Source: an uncultured delta proteobacterium
GTDB lineage: Bacteria; Desulfobacterota; Binatia; UBA9968
Reading direction: 5' to 3'
DNA: 64,000 bases
Assembly (NCBI GenBank): GCA_963771465.1
Contig: CAVYTU010000017.1
Location: 992,001 to 1,056,000, forward strand
Part shown: positions 10,001 through 19,684 of the stretch, in pieces
How the letters are laid out: each line of letters starts with the position of its first letter
Position numbering within the stretch: the first letter of the stretch is position 1
The notes under the pieces: model-generated
The model's input: only the letters and a program-made list of their open reading frames with translations
Databases searched by the model: none
Told to the model about the DNA's origin: nothing
Made by a program: the position numbers and the translations under genes

Positions 10001-11421
10001 TAGGATTTGCCGAACCCATCGCTGACGCAGAGGACGCGGTTAAAAAAATCGTCCAAGGATGGCTTGAAGTGAGCGGTCCGATCACGGCGAACGCTCTCGC
10101 TTTGCGCCTGGGCCTGCCGATCAACAAGGTCAGCGCCGCATTGATCGCGCTCGAAAGCGCCGGAGTCGTCATGCGCGGCCAGTTTAGCAATCGCAGTGCG
10201 AACGCGGACGGAGAAGAATGGTGCGACCGGGTGTTACTCGCGCGCATTCATCGAATGACGTTAGGGCGCATGCGCAAGGAGATCGAACCCGTCACGGCCG
10301 CTGACTTCATGAATTTTCTCATGCACTGGCAACATGTGACGCCGGAGCGGCAGCTGCGCGGCCGCGATGGCATCTTGACGGTCATCGAGCAGTTACAGGG
10401 CTTGGAGCAGCCGGCGCCGGCTTGGGAGCAGCATATCTTGCCGGCGCGCATCGCGCACTACGATCCCGCTGATCTGGAGCATCTCTGCCTCGCCGGCATG
10501 GTGGCATGGGGAAGGTTGCGCACTGAGAACGACACGTCGATGCCGTTGGCACAACTGGGCGGCGTTGCGAAGAAACGTCGCCGCTTGCTGGCGCCGGCGC
10601 GTAACGCGCCCATCGCTTTCCTATTGCGCGAAGAGATCGCTTGGTTCCTGGAATCCACTTCCGTCCGATTCACGGAAATTGCCACGTTGTCGGCGATGGC
10701 GTTGGAAGTGGCGAGCTATCTCGACCGCTCCGGTGCGTCGTTTCTTACCGATATCGCGCGCGGCACCGGACTTTTGAAAGTCAAAGTCGAAGAAGCGCTC
10801 TGGCAATTGGTCGCCCATGGCTTGGCGACGGGGGATGGGATTGCGGGATTGCGAGTGCTGCTAACGCCGCAACACAAGCGTGTCGAACGGCGGCGCGGAT
10901 TGCGGGTGATCTCCGGCGGACGCAGCGCCGAGCGGGCGATGCCGATCGGACGTTGGTCCCTATGGCGCCAGCAAAAAGTCGCCGAGGAGATTAGCGCGGA
11001 GGCGATCGTGGAACGGCGTGGGCGCCAACTGCTCGATCGCTACGGGATCGTCTTCCGCGAGCTGTTGGCGCGCGAATCGAACATGCCGACCTGGCGCAGT
11101 CTGCTGGCTGTCTATCGGCGCCTTGAAGCGCGCGGTGAGATTCGCGGCGGCCGTTTCGTCAACGGTTTTGTCGGTGAACAGTTTGCGCTGCCAACAGCGG
11201 TTGAAACCTTGCGCGCCTTGTGCCGGACGGAAACCAATCCGTCGCCGATTATTCTGTCGGCGGCCGATCCGCTCAATCTTGTGGGAATTATCAGTCCCGG
11301 CGCCCGCTTATCGCACTATTCAAATCAAGCCATCGCTTATCGCGGCGGTGTCCCATTGGAGGTCGGACTGGTGGGTGAGCTGATCAGCCGGCTCCAACTG
11401 CAATCGACTCAAGAAGGCTAA
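7009..11421 (+). CDS. lhr: Lhr-family DEAD/DEAH-box helicase (long form with C-terminal winged-helix/glycosylase-like region)
   Basis: APTGSGKT, YVSPLKALGND, TTPESLY, DEIH, LSAT, ATASLELGIDIG, QRVGRSGH, C-terminal RGGRFVNGFVGEQFA; TTG start at 7009 after GGGGAG (ORF track starts 6994). Confidence 0.93.
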   Translation: MNDLFHPLVERWFSERFQEPTPAQAHGWESIAAGKSTLIAAPTGSGKTLAAFLWSIDRLIKRALDGALDERTSVVYVSPLKALGNDIAKNLQTPLAEIYQLAGREGILLPTIRVAVRSGDTPAAERQTMVRRPPHILITTPESLYILLTSVRSREFLRTAETLIVDEIHATAQDKRGAHLSLSLERLDALTGKRLQRIGLSATQKPIDEVARLLVGSRYVAADRTPDCAIVDVGHQREMKLRIEVPDDELGPIIRQDIWAAVYDKLVAEIKAHRTTLIFVNTRRLVERVSHQLTERLGEDKVGAHHGSLSRKSRLAVEEKLKSGAYPVVVATASLELGIDIGHVDVVCHIGSPRNLAVLLQRVGRSGHWHGAIPKGILFPLTRDDLLQSVAAIRAVRQGELDKLIVVKQPRDILAQQMVATVASWDSGANIPVRQGHGRSRFAIAELTAKSAKKSEDEGISEEALWQLMRGAYPYENLSREEFDQILEMLCEGVETRRSRRSAFIHRDRINGMLRPRRGARLTAITNGGAIPDTADYQVIEFPSETFVGTVHEDFAIESLAGDIFLLGNRSWRIRRVASGKVWVEDAKGLPPTIPFWMGEAPARTFELSKAVGELRVAVAEKLTDRCAAAQWLIDQVAMAPAAAEQIVGYVADTIAVLGTVPSQGKLIAERFFDEAGGQQLILHSPWGGRINRAWGLALRKRFCVSFDRELQAAATDDGICISLVEQHSFPLNDVFAMLKPAMVEDHLTQAALDSPMFTNRWRWNATRALALMRFSGGKKVPVALQRMRAEDLLAAVFPEQVMCQDNRTGPVELPDHPLVKETIGDCLHEAMDIDGLTDILTRIENGEIETLAIDTPSPSPMAHEILNANPYAFLDDAPLEERRARAVSLRRVDPWLGREFGQLDVAAIAAVCKQAWPEVRNADELHDFLLGVCLLPVALRPDWRPLAEQLIDNRRATIASWQAANGAAGAYVAAERSDLVRVAVSNIALTPPVELPLGFAEPIADAEDAVKKIVQGWLEVSGPITANALALRLGLPINKVSAALIALESAGVVMRGQFSNRSANADGEEWCDRVLLARIHRMTLGRMRKEIEPVTAADFMNFLMHWQHVTPERQLRGRDGILTVIEQLQGLEQPAPAWEQHILPARIAHYDPADLEHLCLAGMVAWGRLRTENDTSMPLAQLGGVAKKRRRLLAPARNAPIAFLLREEIAWFLESTSVRFTEIATLSAMALEVASYLDRSGASFLTDIARGTGLLKVKVEEALWQLVAHGLATGDGIAGLRVLLTPQHKRVERRRGLRVISGGRSAERAMPIGRWSLWRQQKVAEEISAEAIVERRGRQLLDRYGIVFRELLARESNMPTWRSLLAVYRRLEARGEIRGGRFVNGFVGEQFALPTAVETLRALCRTETNPSPIILSAADPLNLVGIISPGARLSHYSNQAIAYRGGVPLEVGLVGELISRLQLQSTQEG

Positions 11422-11532
11422 TCAGACGGGAGATGGCCCCGATTAGTTATCCAGTGGATTTGACGAACCTTCACACTGCTGGAAAGGAATCAGCGGTTAT
11501 CCTAACTCGCCGGTATTGGCGGGAACGCTTCG

Positions 11533-11844
11533 CTAATTCTGCCGTTCACTTGCCGGCATTTGCCGCGCCATACCGTTTCCCGGTTTGTGCATGGGCGAAG
11601 ACAGCACCTCTTTGAGAACGCGAATTTCGACGACATCTTCCTGAAGCCGCGTCAGACCTTCCTTGGCGCGGTGGATTTCGGCGAGCATGGAATCGATCTC
11701 GCCGATGGAAATGGTTTCCAAGGCTTCGCGAATCTTGCGGTTCATGCCGAAAAGATTCTGCACGCCGCCTTTATCGGAAATTTTGTTGTCTAGTTCAACG
11801 TATACTCGGGTAACGCCTTCCATCTGGCTCTTAACATCGTCCAC
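11533..11844 (-). CDS. Hypothetical alpha-helical protein
   Basis: Strong GAGGAGG RBS before GTG; amphipathic helical pattern; fills the gap between lhr and the divergent molybdoenzyme gene. Confidence 0.75.
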   Translation of the reverse strand: MDDVKSQMEGVTRVYVELDNKISDKGGVQNLFGMNRKIREALETISIGEIDSMLAEIHRAKEGLTRLQEDVVEIRVLKEVLSSPMHKPGNGMARQMPASERQN

Positions 11845-12029
11845 AGTAAATCCTCCTCATACACTTGCGGTAAATTTTTTGTTGATGTAACTACGTAAAA
11901 TCATATACCCGTCGAGAAAACAAGCACGCGAATCTTCGCAAAATTATTTTTGAACAAGTCAGGAAAGTTAGCGCGACAAATGCAGCAGCTGGTTTGATTG
12001 TGCGAAAAAAAAGTTTGAGGTGAATCGCA

Positions 12030-14255
12030 ATGGCCGAGATTCGCAGCGTCGGCATTCCCAGTCCAAGAGTCGAAGGCGAGCAGAAAGTCGCGGGCGCAGC
12101 GGTGTACGCCGTCGATGTCAAGCTGGGCGATATGTTGTGCGCCAAAGTGTTGCGCAGTCCCATGGCGCACGCGCGCATCAGGTCGATCGACGTCAACAAA
12201 GCCGCGGCGCTGCCCGGAGTGAAAGCGATTTTGACCGGTAAAGATCTCGCGGGTGCCAAGATCGGTAAAAAGATCATCGACATGCCGCTCCTCGCCGAGG
12301 ATGTCGTGCGCTTCGCCGGCGAAAAAGTCGCCGTGGTAGCCGCCGAGAGCGTGGCGATCGCGGCAGCCGCACTGGATTTGATCGATGTGGAGTATGAACA
12401 GTTGCCGGTGGTTACCGATCCGCTCGAAGCGCTGCAGGCCCATGCGCCGCTGATTCATCCAAACGTCGGCGAGTACAAGGGACTGCTGCATAAGATCGAC
12501 ACGCCGAGCAACGTCTTTGTTCATCTGACTTGGAAAAAGGGCGCGGTGGAAGAAGGTTTTCGCCAATCCGATATCGTGGTGGAGAATACTTTTACCGTGC
12601 CGGCGATCCACCAGGCCTACATCGAGCCCCATTCATCTCTGGTGCGTCTCAATGCCGATGGCAGCGCGGACATCTGGTCGTCCAACAAGAGTCCGTTCGG
12701 CATGCGCGATGCGGTCGCCAACGCGTTACGAATCGCGCCGACAAGCTTAACCATGCATCCGTGCTACGTCGGCGGCGACTTTGGTGGCAAAGGGGACGGC
12801 AACGATGTCGCGCTATGCTACGCGCTCGCGCGCAAGACCGGCCGGCCGGTAAAGCTGACAGTCGACTACACAGAGGAACTGATGGCGGGTAATCCACGCC
12901 ACGGCGCTGTGATCAAGATCAAAACCGGGGTTAAGAAAAACGGCCTCATGATCGCCGAGCATATCGAGTTCGTATTCGACAGCGGCGCCTACGGCGCCTA
13001 TCGGCCGCAGGGATACTTGGTCGGCGCCCACGACGCGCCGGGACCCTATCGCGTGGCCAATTGTCTGGTCGAGGAAAAATACGTCTACACCAACAAGATG
13101 CCCGCCGGTTATATGCGCGCGCCGGGCCATTTGCAGGCTTTTTTCGCCTCCGAGAGCCAGGCCGATTTGGTCGCTAGACGCTTAGCTATGGAGCCAGCGG
13201 AGTTTCGCCGCATGAACTTCATGCATGACGGCGACGCCTCGCCGCTTGGAGAAGTGATTCCCCATGTCAAAGCGAGCGAAACTTTAAGCCGCGCGTTGGA
13301 CGCTGCCGGATTCACCGGCGCCAAGGGAAAAAATATCGGCCGTGGTTGCGCGATCGCCGATTGGGTATCAAAAGGCGGCGAATCCTACGCCATCATCAAG
13401 GTCGACGAGCGCGGCAAGGTAACGCTGTCATCGGCGGTAACCGACACCGGGCCGGGAGTTTTCACCATGATGCGCCAGATCGTCGGTGAAGAGCTCAGTG
13501 TACCCCTCGACGCGATCGCCGTGGAAATGTTGGACTCCAACCAAGTCGTCAAAGACACGGGTGTGCGCGGCAGCAGCAGCACGCGAGTGCACGGCGGCTC
13601 GGCGCTCGATGCCTCGCGCAGAATGCGCGACGAGATTCTCAAGATCGCGGCCCAAGCGATGGACGCCAGGCCGGACGAATTGCTGCTCTTCGATGGCGGG
13701 GTGACCCATGGGCGAGCCGAGCGGCGCATGACCTACGGCGAAATCGCCCGCGCCCATGGCCAACCGATCGTCGTTGAAGGTCACTACCTCAATATGGCCG
13801 ACGGGCCGGAGGCTTCGTTGGTGGCACAGGTGGCCGAGGTTGAAGTCGACAGGGAAACCGGCGAAGTGCGGGTCACCAAGCTCACCACGGCGCATAACAC
13901 TGGGACGATCTTGAATCCGCTGACGCATCAAGGCCAGATCGACGGCGCGGTGATGATGGGATTCGGTTACGGTGTGATGGAAAATCTCGCCTATGACGAA
14001 AGCGGTAAAGTGCTCGCGGCCAATTTGGGCGAGTACAAAATCCCTAATATCAAGGATATCCCTGCGCTTAAAACTACGATCCTGCAATCCGATTTCGGCA
14101 GCGGGCCGTATAACAGCATGAGCATCGGCGAGACCGCGTTAATTCCCACCGCCGCGGCGATCGCCAACGCGGTCGACGACGCGGTCGGCGTTCGTATCAA
14201 GTCGCTGCCGATCACCGCCGAAAAAGTTTTGAGCGCGCTGAAGGCGCTGGCCTAA
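12030..14255 (+). CDS. Xanthine dehydrogenase-family molybdopterin-binding subunit
   Basis: VLRSPMAHARI, HQAYIEPH, VGGDFGGKG, YMRAPG, AQVAEVEVDRETGEV, GQIDG, IGE (catalytic Glu). Confidence 0.93.
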   Translation: MAEIRSVGIPSPRVEGEQKVAGAAVYAVDVKLGDMLCAKVLRSPMAHARIRSIDVNKAAALPGVKAILTGKDLAGAKIGKKIIDMPLLAEDVVRFAGEKVAVVAAESVAIAAAALDLIDVEYEQLPVVTDPLEALQAHAPLIHPNVGEYKGLLHKIDTPSNVFVHLTWKKGAVEEGFRQSDIVVENTFTVPAIHQAYIEPHSSLVRLNADGSADIWSSNKSPFGMRDAVANALRIAPTSLTMHPCYVGGDFGGKGDGNDVALCYALARKTGRPVKLTVDYTEELMAGNPRHGAVIKIKTGVKKNGLMIAEHIEFVFDSGAYGAYRPQGYLVGAHDAPGPYRVANCLVEEKYVYTNKMPAGYMRAPGHLQAFFASESQADLVARRLAMEPAEFRRMNFMHDGDASPLGEVIPHVKASETLSRALDAAGFTGAKGKNIGRGCAIADWVSKGGESYAIIKVDERGKVTLSSAVTDTGPGVFTMMRQIVGEELSVPLDAIAVEMLDSNQVVKDTGVRGSSSTRVHGGSALDASRRMRDEILKIAAQAMDARPDELLLFDGGVTHGRAERRMTYGEIARAHGQPIVVEGHYLNMADGPEASLVAQVAEVEVDRETGEVRVTKLTTAHNTGTILNPLTHQGQIDGAVMMGFGYGVMENLAYDESGKVLAANLGEYKIPNIKDIPALKTTILQSDFGSGPYNSMSIGETALIPTAAAIANAVDDAVGVRIKSLPITAEKVLSALKALA

Positions 14256-14327
14256 GGCGCTCGGTTTGCGTTGTAAGTTTTGGCTTACCGATTCTACGGC
14301 AGCGTGAATGGCTGTGCTATCTTCATC

Positions 14328-14690
14328 ATGAGCATTTTCGATGTCGGCCCGATCCGCCATTTGATCAACGCGACCCGCTATTCGTTTCAAGGGCTGCGGC
14401 ATGCCTGGGTTAACGAGGAATCGTTTCGACTGGAGGTCTGCGTGCTGGTTGTTGCGTTACCGGTGGGTTGGGTTCTCGGCAAGAGCGCGGTGGAACGGGC
14501 GCTGCTGATGGGCAGTTGCTTATTGGTAGTGGTTGTCGAGTTGCTCAATTCCGCTATCGAGGCAGCCGTCGATCGGATCGGCACGGAACATCACGAGATT
14601 TCGGGTCACGCCAAAGACATGGGTTCGGCGGCGGTATTTTGCGCACTCTTGCTCGCCGCCGTGGTTTGGCTATTGGTCCTGTCGGGCTGA
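14328..14690 (+). CDS. dgkA: Diacylglycerol kinase
   Basis: ATRYSFQGL, EESFRLE, VELLNSAIEAAVDRIG, AKDMGSAAV. Confidence 0.93.
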   Translation: MSIFDVGPIRHLINATRYSFQGLRHAWVNEESFRLEVCVLVVALPVGWVLGKSAVERALLMGSCLLVVVVELLNSAIEAAVDRIGTEHHEISGHAKDMGSAAVFCALLLAAVVWLLVLSG

Positions 14691-14885
14691 AATAATTGAT
14701 CAAACGTCGCGGCGGATCGGGTGATGAGGATTGCAGTTCGATCAGATGATAGCAAAATCGTCCTATGAAGGGTTGAAAAGATGCTGCGGGAAAAGGCCGG
14801 CAGATAGCTGTTTGAATCATGTTTGCTGCGCGAGTCAGCAGTGCTCGATAAGTCACTGTGAGAGACGAGAAATCATCAGCAAGTA

Positions 14886-15419
14886 TCACCGCAGCATCGG
14901 TTTTTCTGGATGCAGCCGGTTCCATTCTTCGATGGTCGGCAGCACCTGCATCTTACCGTAGTTGGCTTGGGTGACGTTAAATCTGCCGCCGGTCCATTCG
15001 GCCATGGTACCGTCGCCGCAGTTATTCGGCGCTGGAAATAGTATGGTCGCGACGGTCATGAGATCGTTGAGGCCCAACAAGGTTAGGACAATATCCTTCG
15101 CTCTCTCTCCGGATGTGCCTTCATTGTTCATAATCGCTTCGATGTGATGACATTCATGAGCGAGAACATAGGGGTTGTTAACCGAGAAAGCCGTCATGGT
15201 CGACGGAATGTAACAGCCCAACACAGTCGTAGCGGCTGCACATTCGCGCATCACCGTCGCCTGATCGGCGACGTTGACCGACCAGCCGCGATAAATAAAG
15301 CCGCGGTTGGGGTCGTGCCACCATAGCGGCGAGGTGCAGGCGGAGATCAGCGCCAAGGCCAAGAGCGGCGCGATATTCTTTACATACCCGATGATTGAAT
15401 TCCACGGTTTGTGCTTCAT
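14886..15419 (-). CDS. Hypothetical lipoprotein with HExxH motif
   Basis: GGAG RBS; hydrophobic signal ending in lipobox ISAC; LAHECHHIE. Confidence 0.7.
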   Translation of the reverse strand: MKHKPWNSIIGYVKNIAPLLALALISACTSPLWWHDPNRGFIYRGWSVNVADQATVMRECAAATTVLGCYIPSTMTAFSVNNPYVLAHECHHIEAIMNNEGTSGERAKDIVLTLLGLNDLMTVATILFPAPNNCGDGTMAEWTGGRFNVTQANYGKMQVLPTIEEWNRLHPEKPMLR

Positions 15420-15548
15420 TGGGAACTCCTTGTCGACTGCTCCAAATAGTTATCGGCGGTTTGGCGCAAATCTTAGGGCGGTTGGCGAGGTTTGTTGCCG
15501 CTCCTTCGGCCGTGCGCTATGGTGACGCTTAGGAGTTCGTTGAAGGGC

Positions 15549-17294
15549 GTGAAAATACGGGTTTTATCCGATGAGATGGCGAGCCGAATCGCCGCCGGCG
15601 AGGTCGTCGAACGGCCGGCCTCGGTGGTCAAAGAGCTGATCGAAAATTCCCTCGATGCCGGCGCCCAAAAAATTTTTATTTGTATCGAGAAGGCCGGCAG
15701 CGCGCTGATTCGCGTTAGCGACGATGGCGAGGGCATGGCGCCGGCAGACTTAACCTTAGCGATTGAGCGCCATGCGACCAGCAAACTCGCCGACGATGAC
15801 GCACTTTTTCGCATTGCGACTTTGGGATTTCGCGGCGAAGCGCTGCCGAGTATCGGCTCCATCGCGCGCATGGAAATTGTTTCGCGCCAAGCCGGCGCGG
15901 CGACGGGTCAGCTCTTGCGCGTCGATGGCGGGAAGAAAGATGAGTTACGGACCGCGCCGGCAGCGCCGGGTACGACCATCGAGATCAAAGATATTTTTTT
16001 TAACACCCCGGCACGGCGCAAGTTTCTCAAAACGCCGGCGACTGAGTTGAGTCATATTTGCGACGTGGTCAATCGCATGGCGCTGGCATTTCCGGAAGTT
16101 CATTTCCGATTGCAACACGACGGCCGAACCGTCGCCGATTACGTCGCGGTCGGCGATGCCAAGGATCGCTTGTACCAGGTGCTCGGGCGCGACGTGGCCA
16201 AAGGATTGGTTCCGTTCAGTTCGCGGCACGGTGACGGCGAGTTGGCGCTTTCTGGTTATGTGAGCGCGGCGCCGATTTCATTTCCCAACACGCGCTACAT
16301 TTACACCTTCGTCAATCGGCGCTACGTGCGCGACAAGGTTCTCACCCATGCACTCCTACAAGGATACGATACGCTGCTGATGAGGGGACAATACCCGGCA
16401 GTGCTATTGTTGCTGAAGATTCCGTTTGAGGAAGTCGACGTCAACGTCCATCCGGCCAAATACGAGGTGCGCTTTCGGCATCAATCCGATATCCACGAAG
16501 CCGTGTCGCGGGCGGTGCGTCAAGTGCTGCGACAAGAAGCCAGAGAGCCGATGCTTCACCCAAGTTCGCATTCTACGACGCCGTTCTTCAGGGTGGGTGA
16601 GGCACCCGTGCCTTACGCGATTGCGCCGACCTCGCGCTACGATCAACCGACAGGACGTGAAGCGGTTTTCCTCATGCCGGCGCGCACGGAAATGTTTACC
16701 GAGCCGGGCTTTTTCTCATCATTGACCGTTCTCGGGCAAATTCTTGGGTGCTATCTGATCTGTGCTTCGCAGCAAGGATTGGCGCTGCTCGATCAACACG
16801 CGGCGCACGAAAGGGTTGCCTTCGAGAAGCTGCGCCGCCAGCTCGATGCCGGGCAGGTGGCCCAGCAAAGTCTGTTGATCCCGCAGTCGGTGGAACTTAG
16901 CGCCGGCGAGATGATGCTCGTGGAGCACAAGCGCGATGTGCTCGAAAGTTTCGGCTTTACCTTGGAGCCGTTCGGTCCCAACGCCTATGCGATCATTGCA
17001 GCGCCGGCGTTGCTGCCGGAAGGAGATTACACTCAAACAGTGCGCCAGATGGTCGCCGAGCTGGCCGACGTGGATACCTCGGCGAAACTCCGCCAGCATC
17101 TCGAAGAGCGGCTGGCGACCATCGCTTGTCATAGCGTGATTCGTGCCAATCGTAAATTAGAAATCGACGAGATGCGCGCGCTACTGCGCGAACTCGATGA
17201 GATCGAGTTCGCCACCCAATGTCCTCACGGCCGGCCGGTGTTGCTGGAGTTTAGCCGCGATGAGCTCGAGCGCATGTTCAAGCGCGTAGTGTAA
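15549..17294 (+). CDS. mutL: DNA mismatch repair endonuclease MutL
   Basis: IAAGEVVERPASVVKELIENSLDAGA, RHATSK, TLGFRGEAL, DVNVHPAK, DQHAAHER, IACH, CPHGRP. Confidence 0.98.
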   Translation: MKIRVLSDEMASRIAAGEVVERPASVVKELIENSLDAGAQKIFICIEKAGSALIRVSDDGEGMAPADLTLAIERHATSKLADDDALFRIATLGFRGEALPSIGSIARMEIVSRQAGAATGQLLRVDGGKKDELRTAPAAPGTTIEIKDIFFNTPARRKFLKTPATELSHICDVVNRMALAFPEVHFRLQHDGRTVADYVAVGDAKDRLYQVLGRDVAKGLVPFSSRHGDGELALSGYVSAAPISFPNTRYIYTFVNRRYVRDKVLTHALLQGYDTLLMRGQYPAVLLLLKIPFEEVDVNVHPAKYEVRFRHQSDIHEAVSRAVRQVLRQEAREPMLHPSSHSTTPFFRVGEAPVPYAIAPTSRYDQPTGREAVFLMPARTEMFTEPGFFSSLTVLGQILGCYLICASQQGLALLDQHAAHERVAFEKLRRQLDAGQVAQQSLLIPQSVELSAGEMMLVEHKRDVLESFGFTLEPFGPNAYAIIAAPALLPEGDYTQTVRQMVAELADVDTSAKLRQHLEERLATIACHSVIRANRKLEIDEMRALLRELDEIEFATQCPHGRPVLLEFSRDELERMFKRVV

Positions 17295-17324
17295 TCCTTT
17301 CCTGCCATTCTCCGATTAAATTGC

Positions 17325-18242
17325 ATGAAGCCCAAGCTCGTCATTCTTCTTGGTCCGACTGCGGTGGGCAAAAGCGAGCTTGCGTTGGAATTGGCGGATA
17401 AAATTAATGGCGCCATCGTCAACGTCGACTCGCAGCAGGTGTATCGCTATCTCGACATTGGCACCGGCAAGCCTTCTAAAGCGGAACGCGAGCGGGTGGC
17501 ACACTTCATGATCGATGTCGTCGATCCCGATGAAGAATTTAACGCGGCGCTCTATCGACGGCTCGCTAGTGAGTGCATTGCACAGATTCACCGCCGCAAT
17601 CAGAACGCCATCGTGTGCGGCGGCACGGGACTTTATCTCAAAGCGCTGACCAAGGGGCTGTTCGAAGGGCCTGGCCAAAATAGCGAGATGCGCCAAGTCT
17701 TGGAGCAGCGGATCGAGACCGAAGGACTCGCGTCGCTTTATCGCGAGCTTTTACAGATCGATGCGAGCGTCGCTGCGACGCTTCATCCTAACGATCGCCT
17801 GCGTACGATACGCGCTTTGGAAGTTTATCACTCGACGGGCAAACGGTTGAGCGACTGGCAGAAGGAGCATGCTTTCCACGAGCAACCTTTCGATCTACTC
17901 AAGATCGGTTTGAATCGCGAGCGCGGCGAACTATATGATCTGATCAATCGCCGCAGCGAGCGCATGGTCGAGGCTGGATTTCTCGACGAAGTGCGAGGTT
18001 TGGTGACTAAGGGATATAGCTTGTCACTAAAACCGCTTTCGAGCGTTGGCTATCGTCAGATGGGACAGGTAATGCGGGGACTGCAAGATTTGCCCGCTGC
18101 GCTGGAGGAAATGAAACAGGAAACCCGCCGCCTCGCCAAGCGCCAGCTCACCTGGTTTCGCGCCGATGGGGAAGTTCGCTGGTTTCATCCAGAGCAGAGA
18201 TCGGCAATCATCGACGCAGCGAAGAATTTCCTTTCAAACTAG
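17325..18242 (+). CDS. miaA: tRNA dimethylallyltransferase
   Basis: GPTAVGKS, DSQQVYRYLDIGTGKP, GGTGLY, LAKRQLTWFR; conserved mutL-miaA order. Confidence 0.97.
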   Translation: MKPKLVILLGPTAVGKSELALELADKINGAIVNVDSQQVYRYLDIGTGKPSKAERERVAHFMIDVVDPDEEFNAALYRRLASECIAQIHRRNQNAIVCGGTGLYLKALTKGLFEGPGQNSEMRQVLEQRIETEGLASLYRELLQIDASVAATLHPNDRLRTIRALEVYHSTGKRLSDWQKEHAFHEQPFDLLKIGLNRERGELYDLINRRSERMVEAGFLDEVRGLVTKGYSLSLKPLSSVGYRQMGQVMRGLQDLPAALEEMKQETRRLAKRQLTWFRADGEVRWFHPEQRSAIIDAAKNFLSN

Positions 18243-18250
18243 GGGCCTCC

Positions 18251-19660
18251 ATGAACTTAAAGCGATCGTTAAGCTATTTGATTGTCCTGCTGGCTTGGAT
18301 TGCCGTAATTTCGAAGAGTTATGCGGCAGAAGCTAAGCTTGATTGGACGGCGCTGGAAGACGAAGCTGTGACATTACTTAGCCGTTACATTCAAGTCGAC
18401 ACGACCAACCCCCCCGGTGATGAACTGAAAGCGGCTCAGTTTCTCAAAGCGATTTTGGAGCGCGATGGCATCGAAGCGCGGGTTATCGAGTCGGCGCCGG
18501 GACGGGCAAATATTTACGCCCGGCTTAAAGGTAACGGAGCGAAGAAAGCCATCGTGTTAATGCATCACATGGATGTGGTTCCGGCTGAAGCGAAGCAGTG
18601 GAAAGAGCCGCCCTTCAGCGGCGCGATCAAAGACGGCGTGATCTGGGGGCGTGGCGCAATCGACAACAAGGGCGGCGGCGTAATGGGGCTGATGACGCTG
18701 CTCGCACTCAAGCGCCAAAACGTTCAGCTCAAGGGTGATGTCATTTTTCTCGGTACGGCGGACGAGGAAGCCGGCGGCGTGCTCGGCGCCGGCTTCCTGT
18801 TGGAGAAACATCCGGAGCTATTCAAAGACGTCAGCGTCGTTTTGAACGAAGGCGGCGGCATTCGTCTCGGCGAGGATGGCCGCGCGCGCCTGTACAGCGT
18901 CGGCGTGGCGGAAAAAGTTCCGCTTTGGTTGAAGTTGACAGCTGCCGGCAGCCCCGGCCACGGCGCGTCGCCGGGAGACAATCAGGCCGTGCTCAAGCTA
19001 ATTGCGGCTCTGGCTCGCATCGCGACTTATCAGAGCCCGATCAAAGTCGTGCCGGAGGTGCAGAAGTTTTACGCCGATAGCGCGGCGGCAGCGCCGGCAA
19101 ACCGGCGCCAACAATATTCAGATTTGCGCAAAGCGTTGCAGGATCCGGTCTTCGCCGCCGAGTTTCTCAAAGACCGCAGCAACAATGCCCGCGTGCGTAA
19201 TACGATTTCGATCACCGGCATCAAGGGTTCGGATAAGATCAATGTGATTCCCGCTGAAGCTTCGGCGGAAATTGACGTGCGCTTGTTGCCGGGCGAGGAA
19301 CCGCAGGCTTTTATCAATGAAATGCGGCGTATAGTTAGTGACGATTCAATCAAGATCGAAATTCTGCTCTCGCGCGCAGCGGCGACGTCGCCGCCAAGTC
19401 CCGACGCCCTAAGGGTCATCGGGGAGTATGCTCAAGCTAGCGATCCCGGCGCCACGGTAATGTTTACGATGGGAAGCGGTTTCACCGATTGCCATTTTTT
19501 CCGCGCCAAGGGCATCCCGTGCCTCGGTTTTCTGCCTCGGCGCAGCCGCCCGAGCGAAGAAGGCATGGTCCACGGCATCAATGAGCGAGTGTCGGTGCAA
19601 AGTGTCAAGTCCGACGTTCGCGCGATGTATGAGCTCGTGCACAAGTTGGCTGCGGAATGA
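18251..19660 (+). CDS. Secreted M20/M25/M40-family metallopeptidase
   Basis: Signal peptide (SYA-A); HMDVV, GRGAIDNKG, DEEAG, NEGG, HGINE. Confidence 0.92.
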   Translation: MNLKRSLSYLIVLLAWIAVISKSYAAEAKLDWTALEDEAVTLLSRYIQVDTTNPPGDELKAAQFLKAILERDGIEARVIESAPGRANIYARLKGNGAKKAIVLMHHMDVVPAEAKQWKEPPFSGAIKDGVIWGRGAIDNKGGGVMGLMTLLALKRQNVQLKGDVIFLGTADEEAGGVLGAGFLLEKHPELFKDVSVVLNEGGGIRLGEDGRARLYSVGVAEKVPLWLKLTAAGSPGHGASPGDNQAVLKLIAALARIATYQSPIKVVPEVQKFYADSAAAAPANRRQQYSDLRKALQDPVFAAEFLKDRSNNARVRNTISITGIKGSDKINVIPAEASAEIDVRLLPGEEPQAFINEMRRIVSDDSIKIEILLSRAAATSPPSPDALRVIGEYAQASDPGATVMFTMGSGFTDCHFFRAKGIPCLGFLPRRSRPSEEGMVHGINERVSVQSVKSDVRAMYELVHKLAAE

Positions 19661-19684
19661 TAATAGAAGAAAAGCTTTGTCACG

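Noticed and set aside
12030-14255. Aerobic CO dehydrogenase CoxL
   Set aside because: The active-site loop is YMRAPG, not AYxCSFR (form I) or AYxGAGR (form II), and no coxMS genes are adjacent.
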